Source: Anthoceros angustus
Taxonomy: Eukaryota; Plantae; Anthocerotophyta
Length of the DNA stretch: 64,000 nt
Direction: 5' to 3'
Assembly (NCBI GenBank): GCA_010909165.1
Contig: MU008179.1
Location: 434,001-498,000 of the forward strand
Shown piece after piece: positions 26,300 through 38,090 of the stretch (position 1 is its first letter; every line of letters starts with the position of its first letter). A program made the translations under genes and the position numbers. The notes under the pieces are model-generated. The model saw only the letters and a list, made by a program, of their open reading frames with translations. It searched no databases and was not told the DNA's origin.

Positions 26300-28750
26300 G
26301 TTGTTTTCGTGCCGTTCGCCAGAGCTCTGCTTTTCACAACCAGCAATGGGTGCGATGCCAAAAGCGAAGATAGAATGTCATGCCGAGGCGGACATCGAGA
26401 CAAGGCGATTGGCAACGGCGGCCTCACTGGGATGCGCCCGAGGCCACACCGGAAGGAATCGACGCCGGACCCAACGATGGTTGTGAAAAACAAGAACTTG
26501 GCGATGTCGCCGATCTTAGGGCCGGCGCCAACACCTAAAAGGTAAGTGGGTGCAGAAGAAGTTGAGGACGCAGTACGTGGAAGAAGACGCCAATGGTGAC
26601 GAGGATGAGCGAACATGTCAAAGACATCGCAGCAAGAGGTAGCAAGGGGTGATCGTGGACGAGCTAAGCGCGTACGAGTTAAGGGTGACAAATGGCAAGG
26701 CAAGCGGCTACCAAGTTCGGTCGCAGATTTTGGGAGGCCAACGCGAGGTCGGAGAGTAGGACCAAGCACGATGGAGGGAGTTTAACCAAGAGTCTCAAGG
26801 GCAGAACAGATCACCAAATGCCCTGAGGCATTGGGGTTGACGGGTTTTGGCTTCACCCCATGTTCGGGAGTCGAGGTCCAAGAGGCGAAAGATGAGGAGG
26901 ACAAGTTCCACAAGGTCCGCCTTACCTCGATGAAGATGTCCTTCCAACACAAACCTCACTTATGGGAAATGTGCCACAACAGGGTTTGGCACGAGTTTGC
27001 ACAATGGTGACCTCGGACATCCGCTTTGGATTGTCCAAGAGTGGGAAGGCCCACATGCCGACATGGGTGTATGCGGCTGCCGGAATCCCCGCCCGCAAGT
27101 GCCGCCGACCTCGAGGCAAGGAAGGACGAAGAGGAGGCGACCTTAACCAAGGATGCTGAGGAGGCCGTTGAGAAGGCCGGCGAAGAGGAGGCGGAGTTCA
27201 GGACCGGTAGGGTGTGATTCGTGACCGACACCATTGCACCAAAAGGGACCAAAGAACTAGCCTGCAATGGTTTCGCGTCGAATACACGGCCAATTCTAAC
27301 GAAACAATTTCAAGGTGAGCTCAGACAAGATGAAGGAGTGGCACGACCACGCGTGGTGGTTTGTGATAGCCTCCGTGATCGTGAGATAGCCGATATTTTG
27401 GAAGATGCAGACCGGGAAATGGGAAGGCTGTGATCCGAAGTGGATTCATTTGCTTCTAGGACACCCTTGCCGCCGACGGCGCGGATGATGCGAACAATAC
27501 ATCGGGTCGCCACACAACTGGCCGTGTCAACCCCATCATGAGCATCACAGGGGATGCTCATGCCGGGTACATGGCGAAATCCCTATGACATGTATGGACG
27601 TTGACTTGAGGGCAACAAGCGGCACCAAAACGGAAGAGGAATTTCGACATCCAAAGATGAGGTTCCGCTGTCATATGCATGAAAGCGTAAGTATTCGTCT
27701 GTGAGGAAAATGGTCAGCATGGTTGCGGCGAGGAGGATCCATGCATGGTTGCTTTACAGTTCGTATCGTGCCGATTACGCGACATGCAGGTTATTTTACA
27801 GCTGACAGCCGGGCTTATCAGTTCGAACTCAGTTCGATACAGCCCCGATAGTTCGATAATGAGGTCGGGGTGTAATTCAGCTCGATATTGTGCCCGGAGT
27901 TACACTCGCAAAAGTAGGCTTGTAACTCCATGGTCATTTAATTTGGGTTGAGGCTGGATTTCATCATGAGGTTATGTTGCATGTAATGTTCTAAATCACA
28001 ATTGTCTATGTGTTTTGAATGTTACATATACTACGTGACTCGCCTTCGTGGTTTCCAAGGATAGGGTGCACTACACAATCCGACACATGTGCAACCCCAT
28101 CGTCGATTTTGGGCACACTCGATCTGAAGTGCTTCTTATTGAAAGCACCTTACGCCAAACAATTTCAGCCCATGGAGCTTTCAGTATTGTAGCTCGCTTA
28201 GTGGCACCCGAGGCATTGGAAGAATAACTTGAGAAAGGAGGCTAGGCACTTCTTACATGGGAAGAAAGGGTGCGATAAGTATGTGCCCAAGAGCTTGAAG
28301 AAGGAGCATTGGGATGTTCTCTTGAAACAGAGAAAGATAAGTCGGATGGTGTTGTTGCACCCTCAACAAAAGATTGCTGCGGTGAGGGGGAAAACGTCAG
28401 GTAAGCCATATTCTTGCTTTGGGTTTGAGGTCAAAAGCAATTCATGGACAGAGCCAAGTTTGATAGGCAAGCAACTTTAGAGGAGATCAAGTGGGATCTA
28501 GGCATGGAAATTGGTTGAACAAGTCGAGAGCGCATTGGAAGGAGACTAAAACCACAATTCCATCCTTGGGTCCTCAAGTGGATCAAGGGAAAGTCGATAA
28601 GGTGAATGTCTCGGAATCATGAAGCGGATATGAGAGTGCAGAGTGAGCAGTGTAATGGAGGCAATCAAGAAGAGGGTCCGGATGAAGGTTTCATGGTGGA
28701 ACATCTTCTTGACAGCATGAAAAAGGCTAAGAAAGCCTCACCATAGTTCA
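26300..28750 (+). pseudogene. TnpA-like (Ptta/En-Spm) remnants inside the nested CACTA
   Basis: WKNNLRKEARHF...VPKSLKKEHWDVLLKQRKIS (~28215-28345), and a TGRV..TD.....DADREMGRL..VDSF segment (~27200-27450) resembling TnpA C-terminal domains. Confidence 0.5.
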
Positions 28751-29779
28751 GTCGGACAATAGAGCTTGCACTTCCACCGTAATTTCATGTAATCTTCAAC
28801 CGTAATTGTTGAAGTTCATCTCGTTATGTGGGCTTTGTTCATGCATGTTTGTGAAAGAGGGTTGGCGGTTGTCAAATGGAGTGACAAACTAATCTACTAC
28901 CGATTGTAGGATGCATGGTGTAGTAGGCTTTGCCAAGATAGCGTAGTGGAGTTTTTACGCACTGTAGATTTACAACAAACTTGCTTCATTGCAACGCATT
29001 CGCTTTACAACGGACCCCTATCTCTACTCCCAAAACTTTACAACGAGAGCCTTTTACAACGGGTTTTGTAAATTACTTTAAACGAACTCAGACACGTGGT
29101 CCATTTACAACAAGGTCCGCTAAAGGTACATACTTATTACAACAGGCTCGTGAAAGTTACACGATTACAACGCCATTCTTAGGTTAATCATGGTTAACTA
29201 ACGCCAACTAGTTTGTGGTAATCGAATCATATTAACCCCGCTTAATAAACCGCGGTCAAGATTTAACTCTAGTATATTAACCATGGTTATTGAAGTTGTA
29301 AAATGCGTTGTAAGTGTACCGTAGTAATGTCCGTAAAGGGGTTCCGCGTTGTAAAAGTTTAACCAGTACGGACCACACCGCTTTACATACACCGTATGGG
29401 TTGGACAATACCGTATTCAATACATAATATAGCCCTCAGATATGCGTATATACTTTTACTATGGATATTACTAAGGTGTGTTTACTACGGGGTTTTACTT
29501 GACCTACTTAAAGGGCGTTGTAATGTCTGTAATTCCAAGCAAAAGTATCCTTTCCTAGTAGTGGAAGCCTCCCCATCAAGACGGCCCAGGAAGGTAGAGG
29601 GGCGAGGTGGCACCGAACCCGAGTTGAGTTTGACGACGCCGAGACGCGTGAACCTCCCGCAACCCGGATGCGAGTTGGATTGTGCGTGAACCGAATCAAA
29701 TAGATGAGGAGCTATTTCGTTGGATGAGGTTGGTTTTCGCATCGTTAACGGCAAGTGATGTCTGCGTGCACACGCTCAA

Positions 29780-32215
29780 GTTTGCGTGCCGGATGAGTGC
29801 ATGGTGGACAAACGGGTATCACAGTGCATCTGCATGCCGGGCGCGCCTGCCGGGAGACAAGGGGAGGCAAGTGAGGGTCCGTAACGATTGGCATAAGGGA
29901 TAGTGGAATCGCGAAGGGTAAGCCGGCCGAGGCAGCGGACAGCGCCGACCGACGCACAAGCACTTGATCTGGAATGGCGCAAGCAATTTCTGGAAGGGGG
30001 TGGTGTTCTGACACGCGGTGATGACAGTGTGCAGCGTCTAGATGCTGCTGGCGCGGTGAGTGCGGTGGACAACGATGCACTGGTGAAAGCCTTGATAAAC
30101 AAGCATGGGGTCAAATGGCTGAAGGAGGCCATGCAAAACCACATGAAGCGGGGAAGGGACTGGCGTATTCGCGGCCGAGGGCAAGGCAAGAATCTGGTAC
30201 CGTGAGGACGAAGGTTGTGAATGAACCGGGGAGCCGCAAGATGGCGCGACGCTCAAAGAGGAGAAAGCATAGTGAAACTCTCAAGCATTCCTGCACTGTG
30301 GTCAAGTCCAAGATAAGCCGACACTGCAGATGACGCGACACGCAACTTTGCGTGTGGAAGTCAAGGCGCAATGTAGAGGAAATGGGGGGGAGGACATGGA
30401 AGAAACCGAGCATGGTGGATGACGAAGAGGAAGATGCACTTGCATGGGCGGATGGAGCTGAAGAGGAACGGAAGTTTGAGCCATCAAGTACGAAATTGCA
30501 GCAAAAGAGAGGCTAGCCAAAACGGGGATGGGTCCAAACCCGTGGGGAAAGGGAGGCGTGGCTGGTGGTGAGGTTTGAGAATCAAGATGGGCGGTTCCCA
30601 ACGGAAGAAGAGGAGTATGGGAGGTTGAAGAGGACGATTTCCATGCAGTGGGTCCGCGATAGTGGGGGTTCTCCGAGTTCACTGGGTAAGGCAGGAGTGT
30701 ATGAGAAGACACTAGTAGGTTCAAGCCATTGCAAGGAGAACAAGGGAAATGACCATTTTGCTTAATGACATTGAATTGGAGATGGATCCCGATATGGTGG
30801 CCTTCCGAGGCGACGGAAGGAAGGGGTGGGAGGCAAGGGTGCACGTGGTGGCGACGTGGACGGATGCTAGGGCAAGGAAGGGGCTTGGGAGGAGGAGGCC
30901 AGGAGGCGGGGCACAACGAGACTTGGAAGGGGGAAAGGCGACGATGAACAAGAGCGTGAAGTGGAGACGGGAAGCGGGCATGAGGAGGCGTGAGGGAGGG
31001 AGTGGGGAAACGAGTGACAGTGTGGACGTAATTGTGGTGCCCGCGACACCACGATCGCGCAGGGTTGGTGGAAGTTGCATGCCTGGGAATGGTGTCAATG
31101 GAGGCAGGGCGACGAGGGCTGTGTGAGGTGGGCAGCAAGCAAATACTGGAAAAGAGGTGGAGGAGTGCCCGAGACGGCAAGGTGACGGCCATGTATACGG
31201 AGGGTGGAGGCCGTTGGGAGGAGAAGGAGACGCCAATGGAGGCGTGAACAAGGAGTGGAGGGCGTGAGTCGGGTGGTGGAGCAGAGGGGGCGAACCGTCA
31301 CTGTGAAGGAAACACACTGCAGGCACTATGACAAAAACGCAGGGGGACTAGGGAGGAGCGGTGGCGGAGGACGAGGGGATCACCCTAGCCCATGGTGGCA
31401 GGGCAAAAGGCGCAGAATTAGCATGAGGCGTATGTCGAGGGGAGAGAGAATGAAGGAGGACTAAGAGGGCATCATGTGTGTTTTGATATCGCAAAGGCCA
31501 GGTACGATGGAGGCCGGGGGACAGATGGGGGACGCCGCAGACAACATGGACGCAGCAGGGAGGCAGTCAAGAGGACGATGTGCCTAATGCTGTGACACAT
31601 ATCTTGCAGCCCTGATGCCGAGAGCATGGACGCATAGTGGAGCCCAGCTGAGGCAACGCCACCGCGATAAAGGGTGGAGGCGAAAGAGGAAAATGGAGGA
31701 GGAGTAGAGGCGGCACCCGTGGGCGAGTGACAGGGCACGGGTACATGGAAGAAGGAGGACTAAGAGGAAAATGTCCAGCAAGAAGGGCGTAAGAAACGAG
31801 GAGGGACTGAGGGAAGGTAAGGCAAATGGTCCGCTTTGTTGTGGAAACCCATTAACGCTGATAACTCATGATGGCCATGCTGGTTTGTATGTGTAACGCA
31901 GCGTATGTGGAGGGAAGTGGAGGAAGCTTGCACCAACGCAAGCAAGTGGGAAGAAGAAAATTGGGAATCGAACGGAGGGCGGAAGTTTCGTAGGTGCATA
32001 CGATGACGAGTAGGAAGTGCCTTACATGGAGGCGTAAAAGCATAAGCCGCGATACCAAATCTCCGCACAAAGACAATCTTGTAGGGCATAACCTCATGGT
32101 GATGCGTCACAATAAGGTGATAGGTGGGGACAATATCTTCTTGGGCGCCATGGCGGAAGGATGGCTATTGGTGACGTGGAAGGACAAACCGCAATGCTAT
32201 AAAGTAGGGGTATAA
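29780..32215 (+). pseudogene. Diverged homolog of the unknown CACTA-associated ORF, inverted relative to copies 1 and 2
   Basis: Reverse-complement similarity to 760-2100 (e.g. 31600-31680 vs 1135-1200). The C-terminus WKD....C.K resembles the end of the 762-956 frame. Confidence 0.4.
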
Positions 32216-34504
32216 AGGGCCGCTATTTACACAAATAGTAAATACAAAGTATCGTATCATGAATATGTACATCAAAGGTACGATGTAATACGATGATATA
32301 CAAACTTATTTTATATGAAATTGAATACGTATAGCACTTAGAATAATCTAGTACATTTATCACCGAGATGATACATGCGATAGTATAAGGATGTATTGAC
32401 ATGTATTTATATGGTCGTATTGATGGGCAACGGTAACTACCAAAACGTGGTATTTCAAAGGGCAAAAGTAAAAGGAAAATGGTGGATGGGGAGGAGGTTC
32501 TACCAAGCCTCCAAAAGTGTTACAAGACCTCTTGTAACATTTTAGATGTTGCAATCATGTTGCAATTTTGAGAGAGGCAAACCACCTCTCACTTCATCTT
32601 AACATAATTGCAACACCATTGCAACATGATTGCAACAACGGCCGTGGTATGGTTTCCAAGCCAAAGTGTAACAAGGGGCCCAAAAGTGTTACATGACCCC
32701 AAAATTGCAACATGAGTGTTACATCCAGGGTCCAAATCTTAACATAAAGTGTAACATAGGGTGCCCTTTTCTAGTAGGGTTGCGATGTGAGTGGGAGCGA
32801 TGATGACCAAGTTGTTGAGTGGGAGTCCGAGGATCATGGGAGCGCATACCGCACACATTAATCGCACAAGGGCGGTGCTCATCTGTGTACCCACACCACA
32901 TGCCTGACTTACACCTCCTTAGATCCCTCAGACCATGGGCCCAGAGCCCTATACAACTCGGCACTCAGCTCCACTCCCTCACATCCGCGTGCATGATCCT
33001 CATGATCCGCCAGCACATCGTGGAATGAAGCCTCCTTGGCCCGTAGCCCCCGCCGCGTCGCCCACAAGGGCGCGCACTCCCTTGGCATGAATCCTACCAC
33101 CTTGAAGGTGCGTGACATAACAGGGAGGGACGCGCCTCCTCGATGCTCAACCCGGGCGCACATCCGATCACGCGCTCCTCCTCGCATACGGTAACCACGT
33201 GCCCTGCAAGCCACATCCTTGGAGCCCGCTTTACCTGCTTGTGCACCATCTGCTTCTCCGCACCCATTTCAAAATAATAATTCATTAGTTGGGCCTTTTA
33301 CCAAATTCAAAATGAACCTAGTTTAGATGTCGATATTTACTGATGTTTCTCAAAGATAGGGTTTGTCTCCAACCCCATTTTGGCCCCAACCATCCGTAAA
33401 TGCACATGTCTCATTTCACTGCTTGATTTGCGAACCCACAGCCCATGCATCCGAGCCCAAGAAGACCTGCCCACCGTCCGACAAATGCGGACACACCTTT
33501 GTAAAGTGGCCGGATGATCATGACTTATGCTCCAAAGAGCTGGAGGCACCAACGCCCGCAGACTTATACTCCAAAGAGGTGCAATACACCGGGTTTGGAG
33601 AGGGTTGCGCTAATACTTGTGTAGGCAAGCACTTTCGCCTGTTGCTTGTGCACACTTGCCACCGCACCAACACTCACATCAATTCTCTTTTCAAACCCCG
33701 TGATCGAGCAATCCTGCACGGCAGTGCATACTGCTCGCCCTCCGTTGGAGATAAGCACTTAGATCGCAGATTAGCCTCATGCAGAATTGGACAAGGTAAA
33801 GGATGGTGAGGCCTCCTCAACCGCTCTTGATCAAACTCTTCGTAGCTTACATTTCTTCTTGTCAAGTCCGCATCGCTTTCAACCTTAATCTATCCATGGG
33901 TGGCACATGGAGCAAGTCGATCTTAAATTCAAAATCTCCGAAGCTTGGCTATAGTTCGCCTCTGAACACCTAGTCGCACCACCATAGTGGTGACAAAGGT
34001 AGCCTCACTAAATATTTTGGTCAAAACCCCACCGGGCGACCAGCCCTCTTTCTTCAGATACTACCGGCTCTCACTAGGGCTCTAGGCTGCAGATGCTCTT
34101 ATACTTGTGTTCGATCCGCATGTGCTTTCATTACTCAAGGACAAATCATCTATTCTATTTATTTCGCTTCTCTCGCAAAACATTGTGAAACATTGTCGCC
34201 TTCAAAAGGTTGGCCATTAGAAACCACCATCATACATGTCGAATTTTGGAAAATGTAGCTCATCTAGAAACCAAGGCCTATGCATCTATACGCATCAAAC
34301 TCGAATGAGCTTGACATTTGGCACCAATCAAAGAGATCCAAATTGCAAGTCACTAAGGGGCACATAGAGTAAGGCCAAAAGGTTTTACATGTTGTATACA
34401 AAGCGAATGTGGAATATAACATCAACCAACAAATGATTTTCAAAATAATATTCATGACTTTACGCCTAGATACGGGATGATTTACAAATTTTTCAAACCA
34501 CTAA

Positions 34505-34710
34505 AAATCAACACTCCATCCTGGTATTGATACGCCTCTAGGTTGCTTAACAGTGGAGTTGTTACAAAGTTTTCAAAGCGCAAAAAACAAGCAACCCATC
34601 CTAGTACTAGTCCGACCGAAGAGTGCTAAACCGTAGAGTTCGCAAAGCACCAAAGTGAAGCACCCCATCCTGGTACTAATTCAACCCAAGGGTGCTTAAC
34701 TTTGGAGTTC
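34505..34710. repeat. Three imperfect ~75-bp tandem repeats
   Basis: ccatcct(g/a)gta ... tgct(t/a)aac...gagtt repeated three times. Confidence 0.6.
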
Positions 34711-35299
34711 TTATGCCAATGTGTCTATCTCCACCCTCTACTATGGATGGGATACAAACAATATATATATTTCACGGACGTCCGCCGATCCACTCCACTC
34801 ATTTCCATCTCCGAGGGTTGTATGGTTTGGTGTACCATGTATGCACAATCATAACGCGGATTTATGTCCACATGTGTCCACTTTTCCATTTAGATAATTT
34901 TGGATTGATCAAATGATGTCCAATTTGTCCGAAATTTTTAGAGCAAGGGTGACCATCTAGATGATGCACTCAAAAAAATTCAGCAAGAAAAAGATACATT
35001 TATGGTAGAAACTATTTGTGGTGTGTTTAATTATGAAAGTGCAATTGTAACACTGGAATGTGTGACGCCGCACCACACTGGACGGAGAGAGTCCCTTCCC
35101 ACCGTGTGATCCCAAGAGAGAGAATTATTTGAAATTTAAAATGTATGTTCTCCTCCTCCGGGAGAGAGACTTTAGTTTCAATTTTAAACCTGTTTTCGGG
35201 GGAAGTGCTCGAATGGCTCATCCCGGGGGAGATTCCTATTTTGAAATTTAAGTCATAATCGGCTGTGAAGTTGAGAGTACTTAACGCCCTTACGCGGTT

Positions 35300-38090
35300 G
35301 TCAAAGTTTTTGTGATAGGTGAGGCCATGATTGCGAAGTTGAAGGGTTCAGTGTGGAGACATGGCACTGCAACGGGAAGCGAGGCGGATGCTATTCGACG
35401 CCTCCAAGCATGCTGCTTGGAAACGTACCGGCGAGCAAAGAGGCAAAGTTATCAAAAAAGATTGGCGTAACTCAAAGTGTTCCGCCACCTCTAGTGGTGG
35501 TGTAACCATTAAGGGGCCGACAAGACATGGGGAGTGAAGCTGCACAAGACATGGGGGTTATGGCTTTCAAGGGGCTCAATGGGATGCGACATGATGTTGA
35601 CGCCCACCCGTGGAACCCAGAGTAGCAGGAAGCCTTAGTTCCAGAGCACGAAGGTCCGGCACCGAGCGGTCGAGACGATGTGGGCACGCAAAGAGAGCTA
35701 ACGACCGCCACTTATGGAGGAGGGCCATCCGAGGCATGTTGCCAAGCGATTGCGCGGATCCATTTTCTTGCATAGAACCCGCCATTTTAGTGCAAGGTGT
35801 CCAGGGTGTTGGAACTGCTTTCGGGGTCTTGGTTTCTTCCACGGTGGGGAGGAGGGCGATCGAGAGCCACAAACCAGGGCTTTGGAGTCCATCAGCTGCC
35901 ATGAGAAGGCCGGGTGTCCAAGCAAGCACAAGTTGAAAGCTGCAGACCTTCATGAACATTGTTTCTGCCACAAGATGTGTGCCATTATGGTGTCTTGGGG
36001 TCGTAGACGAGTTGTAGCCGCATGTTCAAGCTCATTACTAAATACATGAGGAGGATGTGTGGTGGGAGGACTAAGGTGAGAGGATCGTGAGCGCCTGGGT
36101 CGTTGGAACAATTTTGAGCAATCATCACGTCCTTCTTCGAACTCTAAGGACGCAAAGCGGCAACGGTGGCGCCATTTGTGTTTCGAAGCAAGCACATCCA
36201 TTTCCTCGATACCTCGGGTGATCGCTGTTCCTTTTCCATTGCCGGACACCATAGCTTGGTATGTAGAGTGTCTACCGCTTGTTGTCGATGGTCTTAGGCT
36301 CTATTGTCTAGATGCCTTGTGCGATTTTTTGACTCAGATGTCACTTGGGGTGAGCGGACTCCGCCACCCACCTTGTGCCATATGTTGTGCTCGTGTTGCC
36401 GCGGCTCAGGCTTGATTACACTTTGCTTGTAAAGTTTGTCACTTCATGATGGAATGAGACTTTGTGGCCGCCTAGACCACATGCCCGATCCAGCTGCTCA
36501 AGTGTCGGTGCACCATGTGCCCCGCTATATGCTCTCCCACGACTAATGAGCGATGATGTTGTTGCCGATGCACGGAGTTCTTCCTCCGATTTAAGATGGA
36601 GCATCCCGAGATCAAGATAGCTCAGCTGCTTGAGAGGTTGAAACCCTTCTACATCAAATCCTGGGGAGCGCAATGTATGTTGTCAGCAGTATCACGTTGA
36701 AATGGCATTTCTAAAGGATGCGCCAACCAACCAAGGGGTGTCCACAAAGGTTCACCCAAGGTGCATGCTTGTGCCTGGCACCGGAGGTGAGCGCTTCACA
36801 AGACCAAAAGGCGAGGGTTGCTTTGGCTCATGGGGAATGGTGCATAGTGTATTGTGCCCTAAAGCACTGATGATGACTTCCATAAGCGGAAGTGTTTAAT
36901 GGGGAATCGTAACTTGTGCGGAGTTCAAAAGCTTCCGCCTAAAGAGGTTAATGCAACCTTGTTGCCCGCAAAGATTGAAGTGGCGCTTTGAATACCAAAA
37001 GCGTCGGGCAAAATGAAGACGGCACTTCCAAGTCCCGAATCAAGCTTATATACAAGGAAACTCACCCATCCGAAATGGTAGAGTTTCTCAAAGGGAAGTT
37101 GAAACATTTCATCACTCATGATTTCGTTCGAGAGATGGCAAGCTTTGGAGTTCCAAGTGTTTGGAGTGGTTTCGAGGATGTCATTGTGTCGATCATTGAT
37201 TTTTCACAAAACTATGCTTTCCAAGTGCGTAACGAGATCCAAAGCATGCATTGGCATAATGATCAGTTACCATTCTTGTCCACGTTTCTTACATGAGGAC
37301 CCGGTCCAATTGTGGAGGAGGACCCATTTTGCAATGTTCAAAAGTTCTATCATTTTACATTAGCGATGACATGCAAAGATGACACACTATTTGTCCAACA
37401 TTGTCTCATGGTTCATCGGGAATGGTTCGAGAAGGTATACTAGACCACGGAGCCGGATGTGGAGTGATGGGGCTGCATCCTCAAGGCTTGGTGCTGTTAT
37501 TTTGTGGCCGACACTCGCATAATCGGTGCAACATGTTGTGGAGTTATTTTGGATCAGTCACGGAAGGAGAACATGATGGTGAGCCATACTAAGAGAGCAC
37601 GCGAAACAAGAATTGTCTCCGCCTCGGTGAGGTTGCAAGGGCGATGTGGTGGATTTTGCGCCCGCCTCTAACGGGCAGCATCTTCAGACACCGATGGCGC
37701 AAAAGTGAAGCGAATTTTTGGCTTGTTGAGAAACTGAGGTAAACCAAGATGAGGTGGGGTGTGCTACCAGTTCCAAAAGCATGCACTCCATTTATGGGTA
37801 TTCTCGGGATGCTTTGAATCCACCTCAAAATGCGACACTTGGCGTGCTTTTGTGGTGCTTGCCAAAGGACATGCTAGGGTGAGAGTGGCCTCGTGAATTT
37901 GGCGCAATGTGACCTTGAAGCCCGAGTGGTGACGTAGAATTGCAACCCGAACGCAGTGGAACCTTGTCGATTTGAACATCGCGAGGCGGAACGAGCTATC
38001 GAGGAAGCCAGAGGATGTCACCGAGATGGCTGAGCTTTTGGAGGAGGCGATAACTTTGTTGTGCAGACACTCGGGATGAAGGGTCAACCT
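35300..38090 (+). pseudogene. Degenerate DDE-type transposase with Cys clusters (DFSENY/SDG..QFK/HGKG..DG family)
   Basis: FK.EHPEIKI...ERLKPFYIK..ERNVCC..YHVEM (~36590-36710), LCPK..DDFHKRKCL.G...CG (~36855-36925), DFSQNYAFQVRNEIQSMHW (37198), WSDGAAS (37460), WSYFGS.HG.GEHDG (~37540-37580), C-terminal ACFCGAC (~37850). The 5' boundary is uncertain. Confidence 0.7.

Larger units (their letters stand above)
24132..29563 (+). mobile_element. Nested non-autonomous CACTA element (5432 bp)
   Basis: Perfect 13-bp TIRs CACTACTAGGAAA (24132) and TTTCCTAGTAGTG (29551-29563). TTTACAACG/CGTTGTAA subterminal repeats at 24380-24550 and 28970-29525. Flanks ATG/GAA do not form a TSD. Confidence 0.9.
12604..32779 (+). 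mobile_element. Putative 20.2 kb composite CACTA-type element with CCCTA ends
   Basis: Left end CCCTAGAAAAGGGCACCC (12604). The right end reverse-complements to CCCTACTAGAAAAGGGCACCC (32759-32779). TTG flanks both sides (12601-12603, 32780-32782), and ttgcaac/tgtaac subterminal repeats occur inside both ends. Confidence 0.55.

Noticed and set aside
30302-31192. 296-aa minus-strand ORF
   Set aside because: Pro/Ser/His-rich shadow frame of a purine-rich plus strand, with no domain signature.
31845-31900. PINADNS.W reminiscent of the Ulp1 protease His motif
   Set aside because: The His is absent, no DS or QxNxxDCG motif follows, and the homologous copies do not show it.
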